Part shown: in pieces, positions 18,395 to 27,925 of the stretch
How positions within the stretch are numbered: position 1 is the first letter of the stretch
Layout: every line of letters begins with the position of its first letter
Virus record (IMG/VR): IMGVR_UViG_2675903153_000001
Location: 3,467-67,466 of that record
Origin: a virus
Lineage: Duplodnaviria > Caudoviricetes
Length of the DNA stretch: 64,000 nucleotides
Direction: 5' to 3' (one strand)
Notes under the pieces: model-generated
Databases searched by the model: none
What the model saw: the letters and a program-made list of their open reading frames with translations, nothing else
What the model was told of the DNA's origin: nothing
Translations under genes and position numbers: made by a program

Positions 18395-18895
18395 ATGCGG
18401 ATCGTCGTCATCGCCGGGCCACCGTGCGCCGGCAAGACCACGTTCGCCGACCTGGTCGCCGGTCCCGACGACATCGTCTTGGACTTCGACGTGATCGCCC
18501 GCGAACTGGGGTCACCGGTGCTGTGGAGCCATCCGGAGCCGTGGCGGTCCCGGGCCGAAGCGGACATGCAAGCCGCCGTCCGCTGGGCCGTACTCGAGCC
18601 CAGCGGCGCGACCGCGTGGGTCATCCGCACGGCCCCGCGGCCTCGGCAGCGCGCCGAACTCGCCGCCCGATGGGACGCGGCCGTCTACCTGCTCAACCCG
18701 GGCGAGCGGGAATGCCGCCGGAGAGCACGGGCCGACGGCCGACCTGCCGGGACGTCGACGTCGATCGGTGAATGGTTCAGCCGCTACGCCCCATGGATTC
18801 ACGACCAGGACCCCGGCCGGCTCCGCCCGGAGTGGGCGAGCCCGTCGCCGCCCGTTGACCGGGGAATCGTCTGCGTCGATCCCCGCTACGTCTGA
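18395..18895 (+). CDS. P-loop kinase/AAA-like protein
   Basis: IVVIAGPPCAGKTT, VLDFDVIARELG. Confidence 0.8.
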   Translation: MRIVVIAGPPCAGKTTFADLVAGPDDIVLDFDVIARELGSPVLWSHPEPWRSRAEADMQAAVRWAVLEPSGATAWVIRTAPRPRQRAELAARWDAAVYLLNPGERECRRRARADGRPAGTSTSIGEWFSRYAPWIHDQDPGRLRPEWASPSPPVDRGIVCVDPRYV

Positions 18896-18906
18896 CGGGG
18901 GGCACC

Positions 18907-19116
18907 ATGGCCGTTCTCGACCGCGTCCCCACCGACCGGATCAACGCCAGGGCCAAGGCTCTTTCGGCCGGACGCGTCGCCCTCACCGTCGTCGCCGCCG
19001 TCCTGTTCGGACTCGGCTGGCTCATTGCCAAGGCGCTCGGTGGTGCGTGGTTCGTCCTGGCGTGGTGCTTCGCCGCAATCCAGGTGGGTTGGAACGACGC
19101 GAGGGGCCGTGACTGA
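18907..19116 (+). CDS. Small membrane protein upstream of portal
   Basis: Hydrophobic hairpin; TGATG coupling to portal. Confidence 0.7.
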   Translation: MAVLDRVPTDRINARAKALSAGRVALTVVAAVLFGLGWLIAKALGGAWFVLAWCFAAIQVGWNDARGRD

Positions 19117-20465
19117 TGGGCCTGCTCGAACGGATCGCACAGTCGCGAAAGCGCCCCGAGGCCCGAGACAACAACACCGTCGGTCTCTCGATGACCGATT
19201 GGCAACGGATGTGGCGGCCCGGCTCACAGGTCGTCTACGACGGCTTGACGTACCAGGCGTACCAGCTCGGTTCGTCCGGGTCGATGAACTCCGGGTTCTA
19301 CGAGTCGAACGCCGTGGTCTACGCCTGCGAAGCCAAGCGCGTATCGGTCTTCTCCGAGGCCAGGTTTCAGTACCAGCAGATGCGCAACGGCCGACCCGGC
19401 GACCTGTTCGGCACGCCGGACCTCGCAATCCTCGAAGAGCCGTGGCCGGGAGCAACCACCCGTGACCTTCTGGTCGCCGCGGAACTCGACGTCGCCACCT
19501 ACGGCAACTCGTATTGGGTCGCCGACCACGACAACTACTTGGTCCGGCTCGACCCCGGCAACGTCAAGATTCTCACCGAGGCCATCGAGGACCAGGTGAC
19601 CGGCCTGCGCGTCGGGGAACGCCTGCTCGGCTACGTCTACATGTCCACCAACGACACCATGACGGTCTACTCACCGCACGAGATCGCGCATTACAAGCCG
19701 ATCCCGTCGCGGTGGCAGTTCCTCGGTCAGTCGTGGATGACGGCGTGCCTACAAGACATCGACGCCGACACACAGATGACCGAGCACAAGCGCGTGTCCT
19801 TGCGCACCGGCGCGAACCTGTCCTATGTGGTCAGCCTTGACAAGTCGATCACGCCAGATCAGTTCGCCGCCTTCGTCGAAAAGTTCCGGGCCGCGACCGA
19901 AGGCCCCGCCAACGCGGGCAAAACGGTGTTCCTCGGCGGCGGCGCGGACATCAAGACCATCTCGCAGACGTTCGGCGACCTCGCGTTGGCCGCCACGCAG
20001 GGCGCGACCGAAACCCGGATCGCCGCGTGCGCCGGCGTCCACCCCGTCATCGTCGGCCTGTCCGAAGGCATGGCCGGCAGCTCTCTCAATGCCGGCAACT
20101 ACACGTCGGCGAAACGGCAGTTCGTGGACGGCACGATGCGCCCGTTGTGGGGCGCGTTCTGCGGCGCGTTTCAGTGGCTGCTCAAGGTTCCCAGCGGTGC
20201 CCGGCTTTGGTACGACGACCGCGACATCGCGTTCCTGCGCGAAGACGTCAAGGACCAAGCCGAAATCCAGGCATCCGACGCGGCGACGATCAGCACGCTG
20301 ATCATGGCCGGGTTCACCCCGGACGCGGTCGTGGAAGCGGTCCACGCAAACGACCTCAAGCGACTCGCGGGCGCCCACTCCGGCCTGTTCTCGGTGCAAC
20401 TCCACCCTCCGGGCGCCGAGCAGGCGCCGCCACCGGCCACCGAAAAGAAGGTGCAAAAGCCATGA
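19116..20465 (+). CDS. Portal protein (HK97 family)
   Basis: NAVVYAC, IAACAGVHPVIVG, GTMRP; position after TerL. Confidence 0.88.
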   Translation: MGLLERIAQSRKRPEARDNNTVGLSMTDWQRMWRPGSQVVYDGLTYQAYQLGSSGSMNSGFYESNAVVYACEAKRVSVFSEARFQYQQMRNGRPGDLFGTPDLAILEEPWPGATTRDLLVAAELDVATYGNSYWVADHDNYLVRLDPGNVKILTEAIEDQVTGLRVGERLLGYVYMSTNDTMTVYSPHEIAHYKPIPSRWQFLGQSWMTACLQDIDADTQMTEHKRVSLRTGANLSYVVSLDKSITPDQFAAFVEKFRAATEGPANAGKTVFLGGGADIKTISQTFGDLALAATQGATETRIAACAGVHPVIVGLSEGMAGSSLNAGNYTSAKRQFVDGTMRPLWGAFCGAFQWLLKVPSGARLWYDDRDIAFLREDVKDQAEIQASDAATISTLIMAGFTPDAVVEAVHANDLKRLAGAHSGLFSVQLHPPGAEQAPPPATEKKVQKP

Positions 20466-21454
20466 ACGCGCCCACCGACCTGTGCCGTTCGGTGCAGTTC
20501 ACGGTCACCCGGGCCGACGCGGAGCCGACCGGCGACGGCCTCACGCTCGAAGGCTACGCGGCCGTATTCGACCAGCCCACCGAAATCGACTCGTGGGAAG
20601 GCTGTTTCCTGGAGAAGATCCGCCGGGGAGCATTCAAGAAGACGATCCGCGAGACCACGCCCGTCATGCAATTCGATCACGGACGGCATCCGCTGATCGG
20701 ATCGATTCCCATCGGCACGATCACTGACCTGCGCGAGGACGACCAGGGCCTGTACGTCGCCGGCCGCATTTCGGACAACTGGCTGATGCAGCCTGTGCGC
20801 GACGCCATCGCCAACAAGTCCGTCAACGGCATGAGCTTCCGGTTCTCGGTGGTGCGGGACGAGTGGCGCGACAACACCGGCACGTTGCTGAAGGCCGGGG
20901 AGCTGCCCGAACTGCTGTGGGACCCCGGTGACCGGGGCCCGCTCGAACGCACACTGATCGAACTCAAGATGGCCGAACTCGGGCCCGTGGTGTTCCCGGC
21001 CTACGTCGGGACTTCCGTGTCGGTCCGCGCGGCCGGCATCGCCGCGACGATTCAGCAGGACGACGAGCTTCGCCGCGAGGTCCGCGCCGCGCTCGCCAGC
21101 GCCCGCACCTCTCACGACGCACCGCCCGAAGACCCGGCCTTGCGCCGCGAAGTCGCTCGGGCCGTGCTGTTCCCCACGACTTCACAGGCCGCGCCGCCCG
21201 AGGGGCACCCGGCTGACCGTTCGCCGTTCGGTCATGACCGAACGGCGAACACGGAGACCGAGCCCGCAGAGGCTCCCGACGCGCCGCCCGAGGGGCACCC
21301 GTCGAACCCCGAAGACGCGCCGCCCGCCGAAGGGCACCCGTCGCCCACTGATCGCGCCGCTCGGCAGCTCTATGCCCGGCGCGCTTACGTGACGCGCAAT
21401 GGCGTCGGAAAGCTAGGCATCAATGCCCGAGGAGAAGAACACGCGGCTTGTTGA
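20462..21454 (+). CDS. HK97-type prohead protease with Pro-rich C-terminal extension
   Basis: LEGYAAVFD, GAFKKTI, FDHG, GMSFRF, VVFPAY; three APP(A)EGHP repeats. Confidence 0.88.
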   Translation: MNAPTDLCRSVQFTVTRADAEPTGDGLTLEGYAAVFDQPTEIDSWEGCFLEKIRRGAFKKTIRETTPVMQFDHGRHPLIGSIPIGTITDLREDDQGLYVAGRISDNWLMQPVRDAIANKSVNGMSFRFSVVRDEWRDNTGTLLKAGELPELLWDPGDRGPLERTLIELKMAELGPVVFPAYVGTSVSVRAAGIAATIQQDDELRREVRAALASARTSHDAPPEDPALRREVARAVLFPTTSQAAPPEGHPADRSPFGHDRTANTETEPAEAPDAPPEGHPSNPEDAPPAEGHPSPTDRAARQLYARRAYVTRNGVGKLGINARGEEHAAC

Positions 21455-22847
21455 GCTGCGTAATCGCCTCAAGGACCTTGACGCGAAGATCCTGCACCTG
21501 GCGGAGAAGGAATCCATCCTCACGCCCGATGAGGAACAGCGTTGGGACGACCTCACCGTTGAACGGGAAACGATTCTTCCCGAGTACGAGAAGCTGGAAG
21601 AGCGCGCAGCCCGCGCGGCGCAGATCCGGAACAAGACGTATCGGCAGATCTCCGGCCTGCCGGACGCCAAGAAGCCGACCGATGAGTGGTTCGGCGTCGA
21701 CGTCCGGACGATGGATTGGCGGACCGCCCGTGACGGCGCGCTCCGGGTCCTCGAAGACCGCGACTCGAACCACATGCTCAACGCCCACCAGGCCGACCTT
21801 CTGGACAACCGCGTCCGGTCGGCCGGATACACCGAACTCGCCCGCCGCATCCTCGTCACCGAGAACGAGCACTACCGCAGCGCGTTCCACAAGAAGATGA
21901 CCCGCGGCAACGACGCGGTTCTCACGCCGGAGGAAAGCATTGCGATGCTCCGGTACGAGGAGTACCGCGCCGCGTCGGAAGGCACCACCACCGCCGGCGG
22001 TTTCGCGATCCCGGTGTTCATCGACCCCAGTGTCATCCTGACCGACCAGGAAACGGACAACCCGTTCCTGAGCATCGCGCGACAGGTCGACGTCAACACC
22101 AACGCGTGGAAGGGTGTCAGCGCGGCCGGCGTTAGCTGGTCGTTCGACGCCGAGGCCACGGCGGTGTCCGACGACAGCATCACCATCGCTCAGCCGAGCG
22201 TGACCGTCTTCACGGCACGCGGCTTTATCCCGTACTCGATCGAGATCGGCGAGGACTGGCCCGGCTTTCAGTCCGAGATGGCTCGACTTCTGGCTGAGGG
22301 CTACGACGAACTTCTCATCGACAAGTTCAGCCGTGGCTCGGGTTCCGGCGAGCCACGCGGCATCCTCACCGCCCTCGGTGCGGCGTCGGGATCGCAGGTC
22401 GTGTCCACTACGGACGGTGCGTTCGGCCAGGAAGACATCTACAAGACGTGGAAGTCCCTGCCGCAGAAGTACCGCCGGAAGGCATCGTGGATGATGTCGG
22501 TCGACATCAACAACCGCATCCGGCAGTTCGGCGCGGCGAACGTGTACCACGCCGCCACTGTCACCCTGCCCGCCGGCGCGGCCGAGGTCCTGTTCAACAA
22601 GCCGGTGTACGAATCCCCGTACTTCCCGGACTTCACCGGCACGACCGGCGTCGAAAACCGCTGCGTCGTCGGCGACTTCTCCAACTACGTGATTGCCCGT
22701 CGTACCGGCATGAACGTGGAGCTTGTTCCGCAGCTGTTCGACGTGACCAACAACCGGCCCACGGGCCAGCGCGGTTGGTTCGCTTACGCACGCATCGGTG
22801 GCAACAGCGTCAACGACGCGGCGTTCCGCCTGCTGCAGAACCAGTAA
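21423..22847 (+). CDS. Major capsid protein (HK97 fold, N-terminal delta domain)
   Basis: Coiled-coil N-terminus, GGFAIPVFID, GDFSNY, GWFAYARIGG. Confidence 0.92.
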   Translation: MPEEKNTRLVELRNRLKDLDAKILHLAEKESILTPDEEQRWDDLTVERETILPEYEKLEERAARAAQIRNKTYRQISGLPDAKKPTDEWFGVDVRTMDWRTARDGALRVLEDRDSNHMLNAHQADLLDNRVRSAGYTELARRILVTENEHYRSAFHKKMTRGNDAVLTPEESIAMLRYEEYRAASEGTTTAGGFAIPVFIDPSVILTDQETDNPFLSIARQVDVNTNAWKGVSAAGVSWSFDAEATAVSDDSITIAQPSVTVFTARGFIPYSIEIGEDWPGFQSEMARLLAEGYDELLIDKFSRGSGSGEPRGILTALGAASGSQVVSTTDGAFGQEDIYKTWKSLPQKYRRKASWMMSVDINNRIRQFGAANVYHAATVTLPAGAAEVLFNKPVYESPYFPDFTGTTGVENRCVVGDFSNYVIARRTGMNVELVPQLFDVTNNRPTGQRGWFAYARIGGNSVNDAAFRLLQNQ

Positions 22848-22851
22848 TCAC

Positions 22852-22912
22852 GCCCCCTCGGCGATCGGCGAGGGACCGAGGGGGCTGGTGCCCGGCGGAC
22901 ACCAGCCCCCTC
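22852..22912 (+). terminator. Two mutually exclusive hairpins after the capsid gene
   Basis: GCCCCCTCGG/CCGAGGGGGC (22852-22885) versus GAGGGGGCTGGTG/CACCAGCCCCCTC (22878-22912). Confidence 0.5.
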
Positions 22913-22937
22913 AACCACCATCCCGGAAGGACAAACC

Positions 22938-23318
22938 ATGGCTGTCGTCTACGCGACCTTCTCAACGTGGGTCACCCCGACCGTCCAGATCGAGCGGGGT
23001 GAAATCTGGGACGCTGACGACCCGGTCGTGGCCAGTCACCCGGACTGGTTCACGTCCGACCCGAGCGCGTTCGCCCGTCGCTCAGCCGCCGACGTCTACA
23101 ACGCGGGGAACGCTGAGACTGGCCGGGTCGAAAAGGCGACCGCCGAACCCGGCGAGAAGCGCGCTCTCAGCAAGACCGATCAGGCTTTCGACGAAGCCGC
23201 GAGCCTGCGCGAAGAACTCGAGAACGCCGACGTCAAGGTGGACGGTCGATGGGGACTCGACCGGCTTCGCGAGGAATACGCCAAGATCAACGAAGCCGCC
23301 GAGACCACCGACGAATGA
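22938..23318 (+). CDS. Head-associated hypothetical protein
   Basis: GEIWDADDPVVASHPDWF; C-terminal VKVDGRWGLDRLREE; follows capsid. Confidence 0.65.
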   Translation: MAVVYATFSTWVTPTVQIERGEIWDADDPVVASHPDWFTSDPSAFARRSAADVYNAGNAETGRVEKATAEPGEKRALSKTDQAFDEAASLREELENADVKVDGRWGLDRLREEYAKINEAAETTDE

Positions 23319-24691
23319 CGGGGTCTGTCTGCCTCGCGTACGTCCACGACATCGACGTGGCGTACAGCTTCCACGACTCGGTGATCAACCTGCTGATGTT
23401 CGACGCGTCCACCCGCGGCCGCGTCCTCGAAGGCGGGTACATCGCCGTCCGGTGCGCGCGGAGCTCCGACCTGGTCGACGCCCGCAACCACGCCGTGAAG
23501 ACATTCCTCGAACGGCCGGCCGACTGGCTGTTCTTCGTGGACACCGATATGGGTTTCGCACCGGACACCATCGACCGCCTCATCGAGGTCGCCGACCCGA
23601 AGACCCGCCCCATCGTCGGCGGCCTGTGCTTCGCCCAGAAAGAGACCGCCCAAGATGGCCTATCGGGCTACCGCACCGCACCCCGGGTGACGATCCTCGA
23701 TTGGGTCGACACCGACGGCGGGCCGACGTTCATGGGTCGCACCCGATACCCGGTCAACAGCGTCATCAAGTGCGCCGGCACGGGCGCCGCGTGCATCCTC
23801 ATCCACCGGTCCGTCCTGGAACGCATCCGGGACGAGAACGGTCCCGTGTGGTTCGACCGCGTACCCGGCGGCGGCGGCAAGCTGCTCGGCGAAGACGTGT
23901 CGTTCTGCGTCCGCGCTGGCGCACTCGACATCCCCGTCCACGTGCACACCGGCGTCCGGACAACGCACCTGAAAAGCGCCTGGCTCGGCGAAGCCGACTT
24001 CTGGGACGCCGCGACCGCACCGCCCGCAACCGAGCCGACCGCAGTCGTCGTCCCGGTCATGCGCCGTCCCCAGAACGCGGAACCGTTCATGGCCACCCTG
24101 CGGGCGACGACCGGACTGGCGACCGTCTACGCCGTGGCCGACGTCGCCGACACCGAGACCGCCGACGCATGGCGGCACGCCGGCGCCCAAGTCATTGACT
24201 ATGACGGCGATACGCCCGGGACGTTCTCGGAAAAGATGAACACCGGCTACCGAGAGACGACCGAGCCGTGGATCTTCCTGACCGGCGATGACGTCGCGTT
24301 CCGCCCGGGATGGCTCGACCACGCCCAGGCAACCGCCGGGGACGATCTCCACGTCATCGGCACCAACGACCTGGGAAACCCCGCCGTCATCGCCGGCGAA
24401 CACGCAACACACATCCTGATCCGCCGCGCCTATGTGGACGAGACCGGCGCAAGTTGGGACGGCCCGAAGGTCCTCGCGCACGAAGGCTACCGACATTGGT
24501 TCGTGGATAACGAGATCGTGACCGCAGCTCGCCGACGCGGCGTCTGGGGCATGGCACTGGCGTCCGTCGTCGAGCACCTGCACCCGCGGTGGGGCAAGGC
24601 CGACACCGACGACGTGTACGCGCTCGGCGAGTCCCGTGCGATCCCGGACCGGCACCTGTTCGAGAGGCGCGCACGCAAGCATGTTCAGTGA
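23315..24691 (+). CDS. Glycosyltransferase with two tandem GT-A domains
   Basis: Domain 1 DARN...FFVDTDMGF...GEDVSFC...H; domain 2 VVVPVMRR...FLTGDDVAF...HWFVDNE...VEHLHP. Confidence 0.85.
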   Translation: MTGSVCLAYVHDIDVAYSFHDSVINLLMFDASTRGRVLEGGYIAVRCARSSDLVDARNHAVKTFLERPADWLFFVDTDMGFAPDTIDRLIEVADPKTRPIVGGLCFAQKETAQDGLSGYRTAPRVTILDWVDTDGGPTFMGRTRYPVNSVIKCAGTGAACILIHRSVLERIRDENGPVWFDRVPGGGGKLLGEDVSFCVRAGALDIPVHVHTGVRTTHLKSAWLGEADFWDAATAPPATEPTAVVVPVMRRPQNAEPFMATLRATTGLATVYAVADVADTETADAWRHAGAQVIDYDGDTPGTFSEKMNTGYRETTEPWIFLTGDDVAFRPGWLDHAQATAGDDLHVIGTNDLGNPAVIAGEHATHILIRRAYVDETGASWDGPKVLAHEGYRHWFVDNEIVTAARRRGVWGMALASVVEHLHPRWGKADTDDVYALGESRAIPDRHLFERRARKHVQ

Positions 24692-25313
24692 CCCGGCCAC
24701 GTTCAGGACAGCGGAACCGTTCCCACACGTCGTCATCGACGACCTGTGGGACGCCGCGCGCCTGCGGGCTATCGCCGCCGAGTTCCCGCCAGCCACCGAC
24801 CCACGATGGGTGACCTACCCCGACCCCAAGGAACGCGGCAAGCGCTGCGGCGGCCCCGACATGTGGGGCCCCGAGACGCATCGATGGTTCTCCGACATGC
24901 GAACCCCGGAGATGGCCCGGGAACTGGAGACCTTGACCGGAATCCAATCCCTCTCCGCCGACACCCTCGGCGGCGGGATGCATATGACATCCGACGGCGG
25001 CCGACTCGCATCGCACGTCGATTTCAATATCCACCCGCATGACCCGACACGAGAGCGGCGCGTCAACGTCCTCGTCTTTCTCAACCCCTTGTGGCGAAAC
25101 GAGTGGGGCGGCGCGCTGGTCCTCGGCGAACACCGCGACGTCGAGATCACCCCGACGTTCAACCGGACCGTGATCTTCGAAACCTCGGACCGGTCATGGC
25201 ACGGCCACCCCGACCCGATTGCGGGCGAGCACCACCGCAAGTCGCTGGCCTGCTACTTCTACGCACCGCGCCGCACCGAGGCCAGCAACCCGCACTCAAC
25301 GATTTGGCGGTGA
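24681..25313 (+). CDS. 2OG-Fe(II) oxygenase (prolyl-4-hydroxylase-like)
   Basis: PFPHVVIDD, HVD (HxD), RRVNVLVFLN, PTFNRTVIF, WHG, RKSLACYFY. Confidence 0.88.
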   Translation: MFSDPATFRTAEPFPHVVIDDLWDAARLRAIAAEFPPATDPRWVTYPDPKERGKRCGGPDMWGPETHRWFSDMRTPEMARELETLTGIQSLSADTLGGGMHMTSDGGRLASHVDFNIHPHDPTRERRVNVLVFLNPLWRNEWGGALVLGEHRDVEITPTFNRTVIFETSDRSWHGHPDPIAGEHHRKSLACYFYAPRRTEASNPHSTIWR

Positions 25314-25317
25314 GGCG

Positions 25318-25821
25318 GTGCACGCCGAGGCACACGCGTGGGTGGAATACCACCGCACATTTCAACGGGTCGCCGTCCTCGACATTGGCGGCCGTGACAT
25401 CAACGGCTCCGTGCGAGACCTCTTCCCGAACGCCGACTACACCGTACTCGATATCCGCCCCGGCGCCCGCGTCCACATCATCGCCGACGCCGCTAGCTGG
25501 ACCCCGGACCGGGAATACGACGTCGTGGTCTGCTGCGAAGTGTTCGAGCACACCGACGTCTGGCCGGAAATTTGCGCAACCGCGTACAAGGCCGCCGCAC
25601 CCGGTGGGAAGTTCATCGTCACGTGCGCCGGCCCCGGACGGGGCGAACACTCCGCGATCGACGGATCGGGCGGACTACACCCGGGCGAGCACTACGCGAA
25701 CGTGTCTGCTGACGCGCTCGGGCGCGTCCTGCGCGACTGCGGATTCGTCGACGTGATCACCGACCAGCGCACCGGCCCGTGCGACACCCGCGCCGTCGCC
25801 TACAAACCTCGGACCGCCTAA
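25318..25821 (+). CDS. Class I SAM-dependent methyltransferase
   Basis: VLDIGGRDING, YDVVVCCEVFEH, PGGKFIVT. Confidence 0.85.
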   Translation: MHAEAHAWVEYHRTFQRVAVLDIGGRDINGSVRDLFPNADYTVLDIRPGARVHIIADAASWTPDREYDVVVCCEVFEHTDVWPEICATAYKAAAPGGKFIVTCAGPGRGEHSAIDGSGGLHPGEHYANVSADALGRVLRDCGFVDVITDQRTGPCDTRAVAYKPRTA

Positions 25822-25837
25822 ACCGAAAGGTGTTGGC

Positions 25838-26737
25838 ATGGCGCTTGTCGCGGCCTACTCCATGGACGAATCCGGTGACACCGTCATCGACCTTTCCGGC
25901 AACGCCCACGATTTCGCCCTGACGTCCGGCGCGACCCGGGTCACCGGCCACACCCTCGGCGGACTTCGCCCCAACGGGGCCACGCCGCTTACCCTGCCGA
26001 ACATCGGCCAGACCGACGAACGCACGGTCATGTTGTGGGCGAAAGGCAGCATCCCGGACGCGTGGCCGATCCAGTGGTACGACCCGACCGCAGACGGCGG
26101 GGCAGGGTCCGGCGCGTGGGGAATCCTCAGCAATATGGGGAACATCTGCATACAAGGCCGCAACGGCGCCGACGAATTCGCCCGGCCGCTCACCGCATGG
26201 CCGGACACGACGAATTGGCATCACGTGGCCGGCACGTTCGGCGGCAACGCCGTGAAGCTGTACCTCGACGGCGTGTTGGCGGACCAGCAGACGCTAACCG
26301 GCCCGCTCCGCATCGCCGACGCCCCGACGTTGTTCGGGTGGACCGGCACGGATTCCTATGACGACCTACGGATCTACAACACAGCCCTAGAGCCCGCGGG
26401 CATCGTCGCCGCCATGAACACTCCGGTCGCGTCGTCCGACCTCGCGTCCGCCGCCGCGCTCGCCATCGACGCCACGTTCGTCAACCGGGTGTGCGCCGCA
26501 ATGCAGCAATACGGGGTCATCGTCGGAAAGGCGATCCTCGGGGCCGGCTCGCCGTCCGCCGCGGATAAGGCCCGCTTGATCCTTGCGCAAGCCTGCCTTG
26601 CCGACCACGCGACCTACACCGACCGGTTCGTCTGGGCTCTCGCGTCCGACGCCGAGGTGGACAACACCGTCGACGACGCGACGATCCGATCAAAGGTCGC
26701 TGACGTCTACAACCTCATCGCCGGCGTGCCGGTGTAG
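25838..26737 (+). CDS. LamG/concanavalin-like domain protein with helical C-terminal domain
   Basis: AYSMDE, TVMLWAK, WHHVAGTF, LYLDG, YDDLRIYNTAL. Confidence 0.8.
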   Translation: MALVAAYSMDESGDTVIDLSGNAHDFALTSGATRVTGHTLGGLRPNGATPLTLPNIGQTDERTVMLWAKGSIPDAWPIQWYDPTADGGAGSGAWGILSNMGNICIQGRNGADEFARPLTAWPDTTNWHHVAGTFGGNAVKLYLDGVLADQQTLTGPLRIADAPTLFGWTGTDSYDDLRIYNTALEPAGIVAAMNTPVASSDLASAAALAIDATFVNRVCAAMQQYGVIVGKAILGAGSPSAADKARLILAQACLADHATYTDRFVWALASDAEVDNTVDDATIRSKVADVYNLIAGVPV

Positions 26738-26765
26738 ATCCCAACCCCATACGGAGGGACACGCA

Positions 26766-27095
26766 ATGCCGCACGGACCATGGCCGCCCGCATCACCGTG
26801 GGTATGGGGCGACTCATTTTGGGACGTTGATGGAAACCAGCACCCCCTGACCTTCTACGTACGGTTCGACAGCCCGGTCAACGGCACGGGAACCCTTGTA
26901 CTGCAGGGCATCGACTACGAACGCGACAGTGAGGTCCCATGGAACTACATGATCGTCGACCGATCGGACGCGGAACGCGTGTCACTTGAGATGACCGGCG
27001 AGACTGGCACGTTCGGCGTTGAGGAACTTAGCGGCATCGGTCTAGAGACCTTTGACGACATCGGTTCCCTGACTGCCGGAGTGAATCCGGAGTAA
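26766..27095 (+). CDS. Hypothetical protein
   Basis: GGAGG RBS before ATG 26766. Confidence 0.6.
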   Translation: MPHGPWPPASPWVWGDSFWDVDGNQHPLTFYVRFDSPVNGTGTLVLQGIDYERDSEVPWNYMIVDRSDAERVSLEMTGETGTFGVEELSGIGLETFDDIGSLTAGVNPE

Positions 27096-27100
27096 CCGGC

Positions 27101-27766
27101 ATGGCAATAGCCCTCGACGGCAGTTCGCCGGCGTTCGTCAAGGGCACGGCGAACCCCGCCACCACCGCGAGTTTCACCCCGCCGTCCGGTGCCCTGCTCA
27201 TCGCGTTCTCGATGGCGGACGAATCCAACACATTCTCCTTGTCAGGCGGCGGTCTCAGCTGGACCCAACTGGACACCGTGGGCGTGACCTCGCGCAACTC
27301 GCTCGCGAGCTGGTGGGCGATCTCGGCCGGGTCCAGCATGACCGTGTCGAGTACCAAGAGCGGTAGCTTCACGGCGAACGCCCTGCGGGTACTGGTATTC
27401 ACTGGCGCTGAGGCGTCGTTCACCGGCGCGCACAACGTCGCGCAGTCCAACACGATCACATTGACGATGACGCAGACCGGCTCATGGGGATGGGCGGCGT
27501 TCGGCGACAACCTCGGCGCCACGACCGACACCGCGGGCACCGGATGCACCTGGAACGACGCGGAATCCGCATTCGGCGGTGTCGCGGGCGGCATCCTCAA
27601 GCGCACGACCGCAGACGGTGTGTCCGGTTCCGGCACCACGATGTCCGCGGGATCGGCAGCGTCGGATTGCAGCATCATCATGGTTGAGGTCAAGGCCACC
27701 GCGACGGCCATCACACCCAGAACCGTTCGACTTCCGCAAGCGGCCTTCCGCGCGGCGTGCCAGTGA
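27101..27766 (+). CDS. Ser/Thr/Gly-rich beta protein, probable virion accessory
   Basis: TASFTPPSGALLIA; beta-rich composition. Confidence 0.6.
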   Translation: MAIALDGSSPAFVKGTANPATTASFTPPSGALLIAFSMADESNTFSLSGGGLSWTQLDTVGVTSRNSLASWWAISAGSSMTVSSTKSGSFTANALRVLVFTGAEASFTGAHNVAQSNTITLTMTQTGSWGWAAFGDNLGATTDTAGTGCTWNDAESAFGGVAGGILKRTTADGVSGSGTTMSAGSAASDCSIIMVEVKATATAITPRTVRLPQAAFRAACQ

Positions 27767-27778
27767 ACGGGGGCCACT

Positions 27779-27922
27779 GTGGACCTTCCGCCAGACATCC
27801 CGATCGATCCGGACGCCCCGCCCGGAGCGTTGCCGGACCTCCCGCCCGGCTACGTGTGGGGACTCAAGATCACGGCCGAGGCCGAAGTGATCAAAGCCGC
27901 CGACGCCGAACAGGAAGGCTGA
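27779..27922 (+). CDS. Small hypothetical protein (47 aa; not in track)
   Basis: VDLPPDIPIDPDAPPGALPDLPPGYVWGLKITAEAEVIKAADAEQEG; ends 3 nt before next gene. Confidence 0.45.
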   Translation: MDLPPDIPIDPDAPPGALPDLPPGYVWGLKITAEAEVIKAADAEQEG

Positions 27923-27925
27923 TCA

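Noticed and set aside
24681-25313. TET/JBP-type DNA hypermodification (base-J-like) reading of oxygenase plus GT
   Set aside because: Motifs fit the prolyl-hydroxylase-like family, and the location is the virion operon rather than the replication region; disfavoured but not excluded
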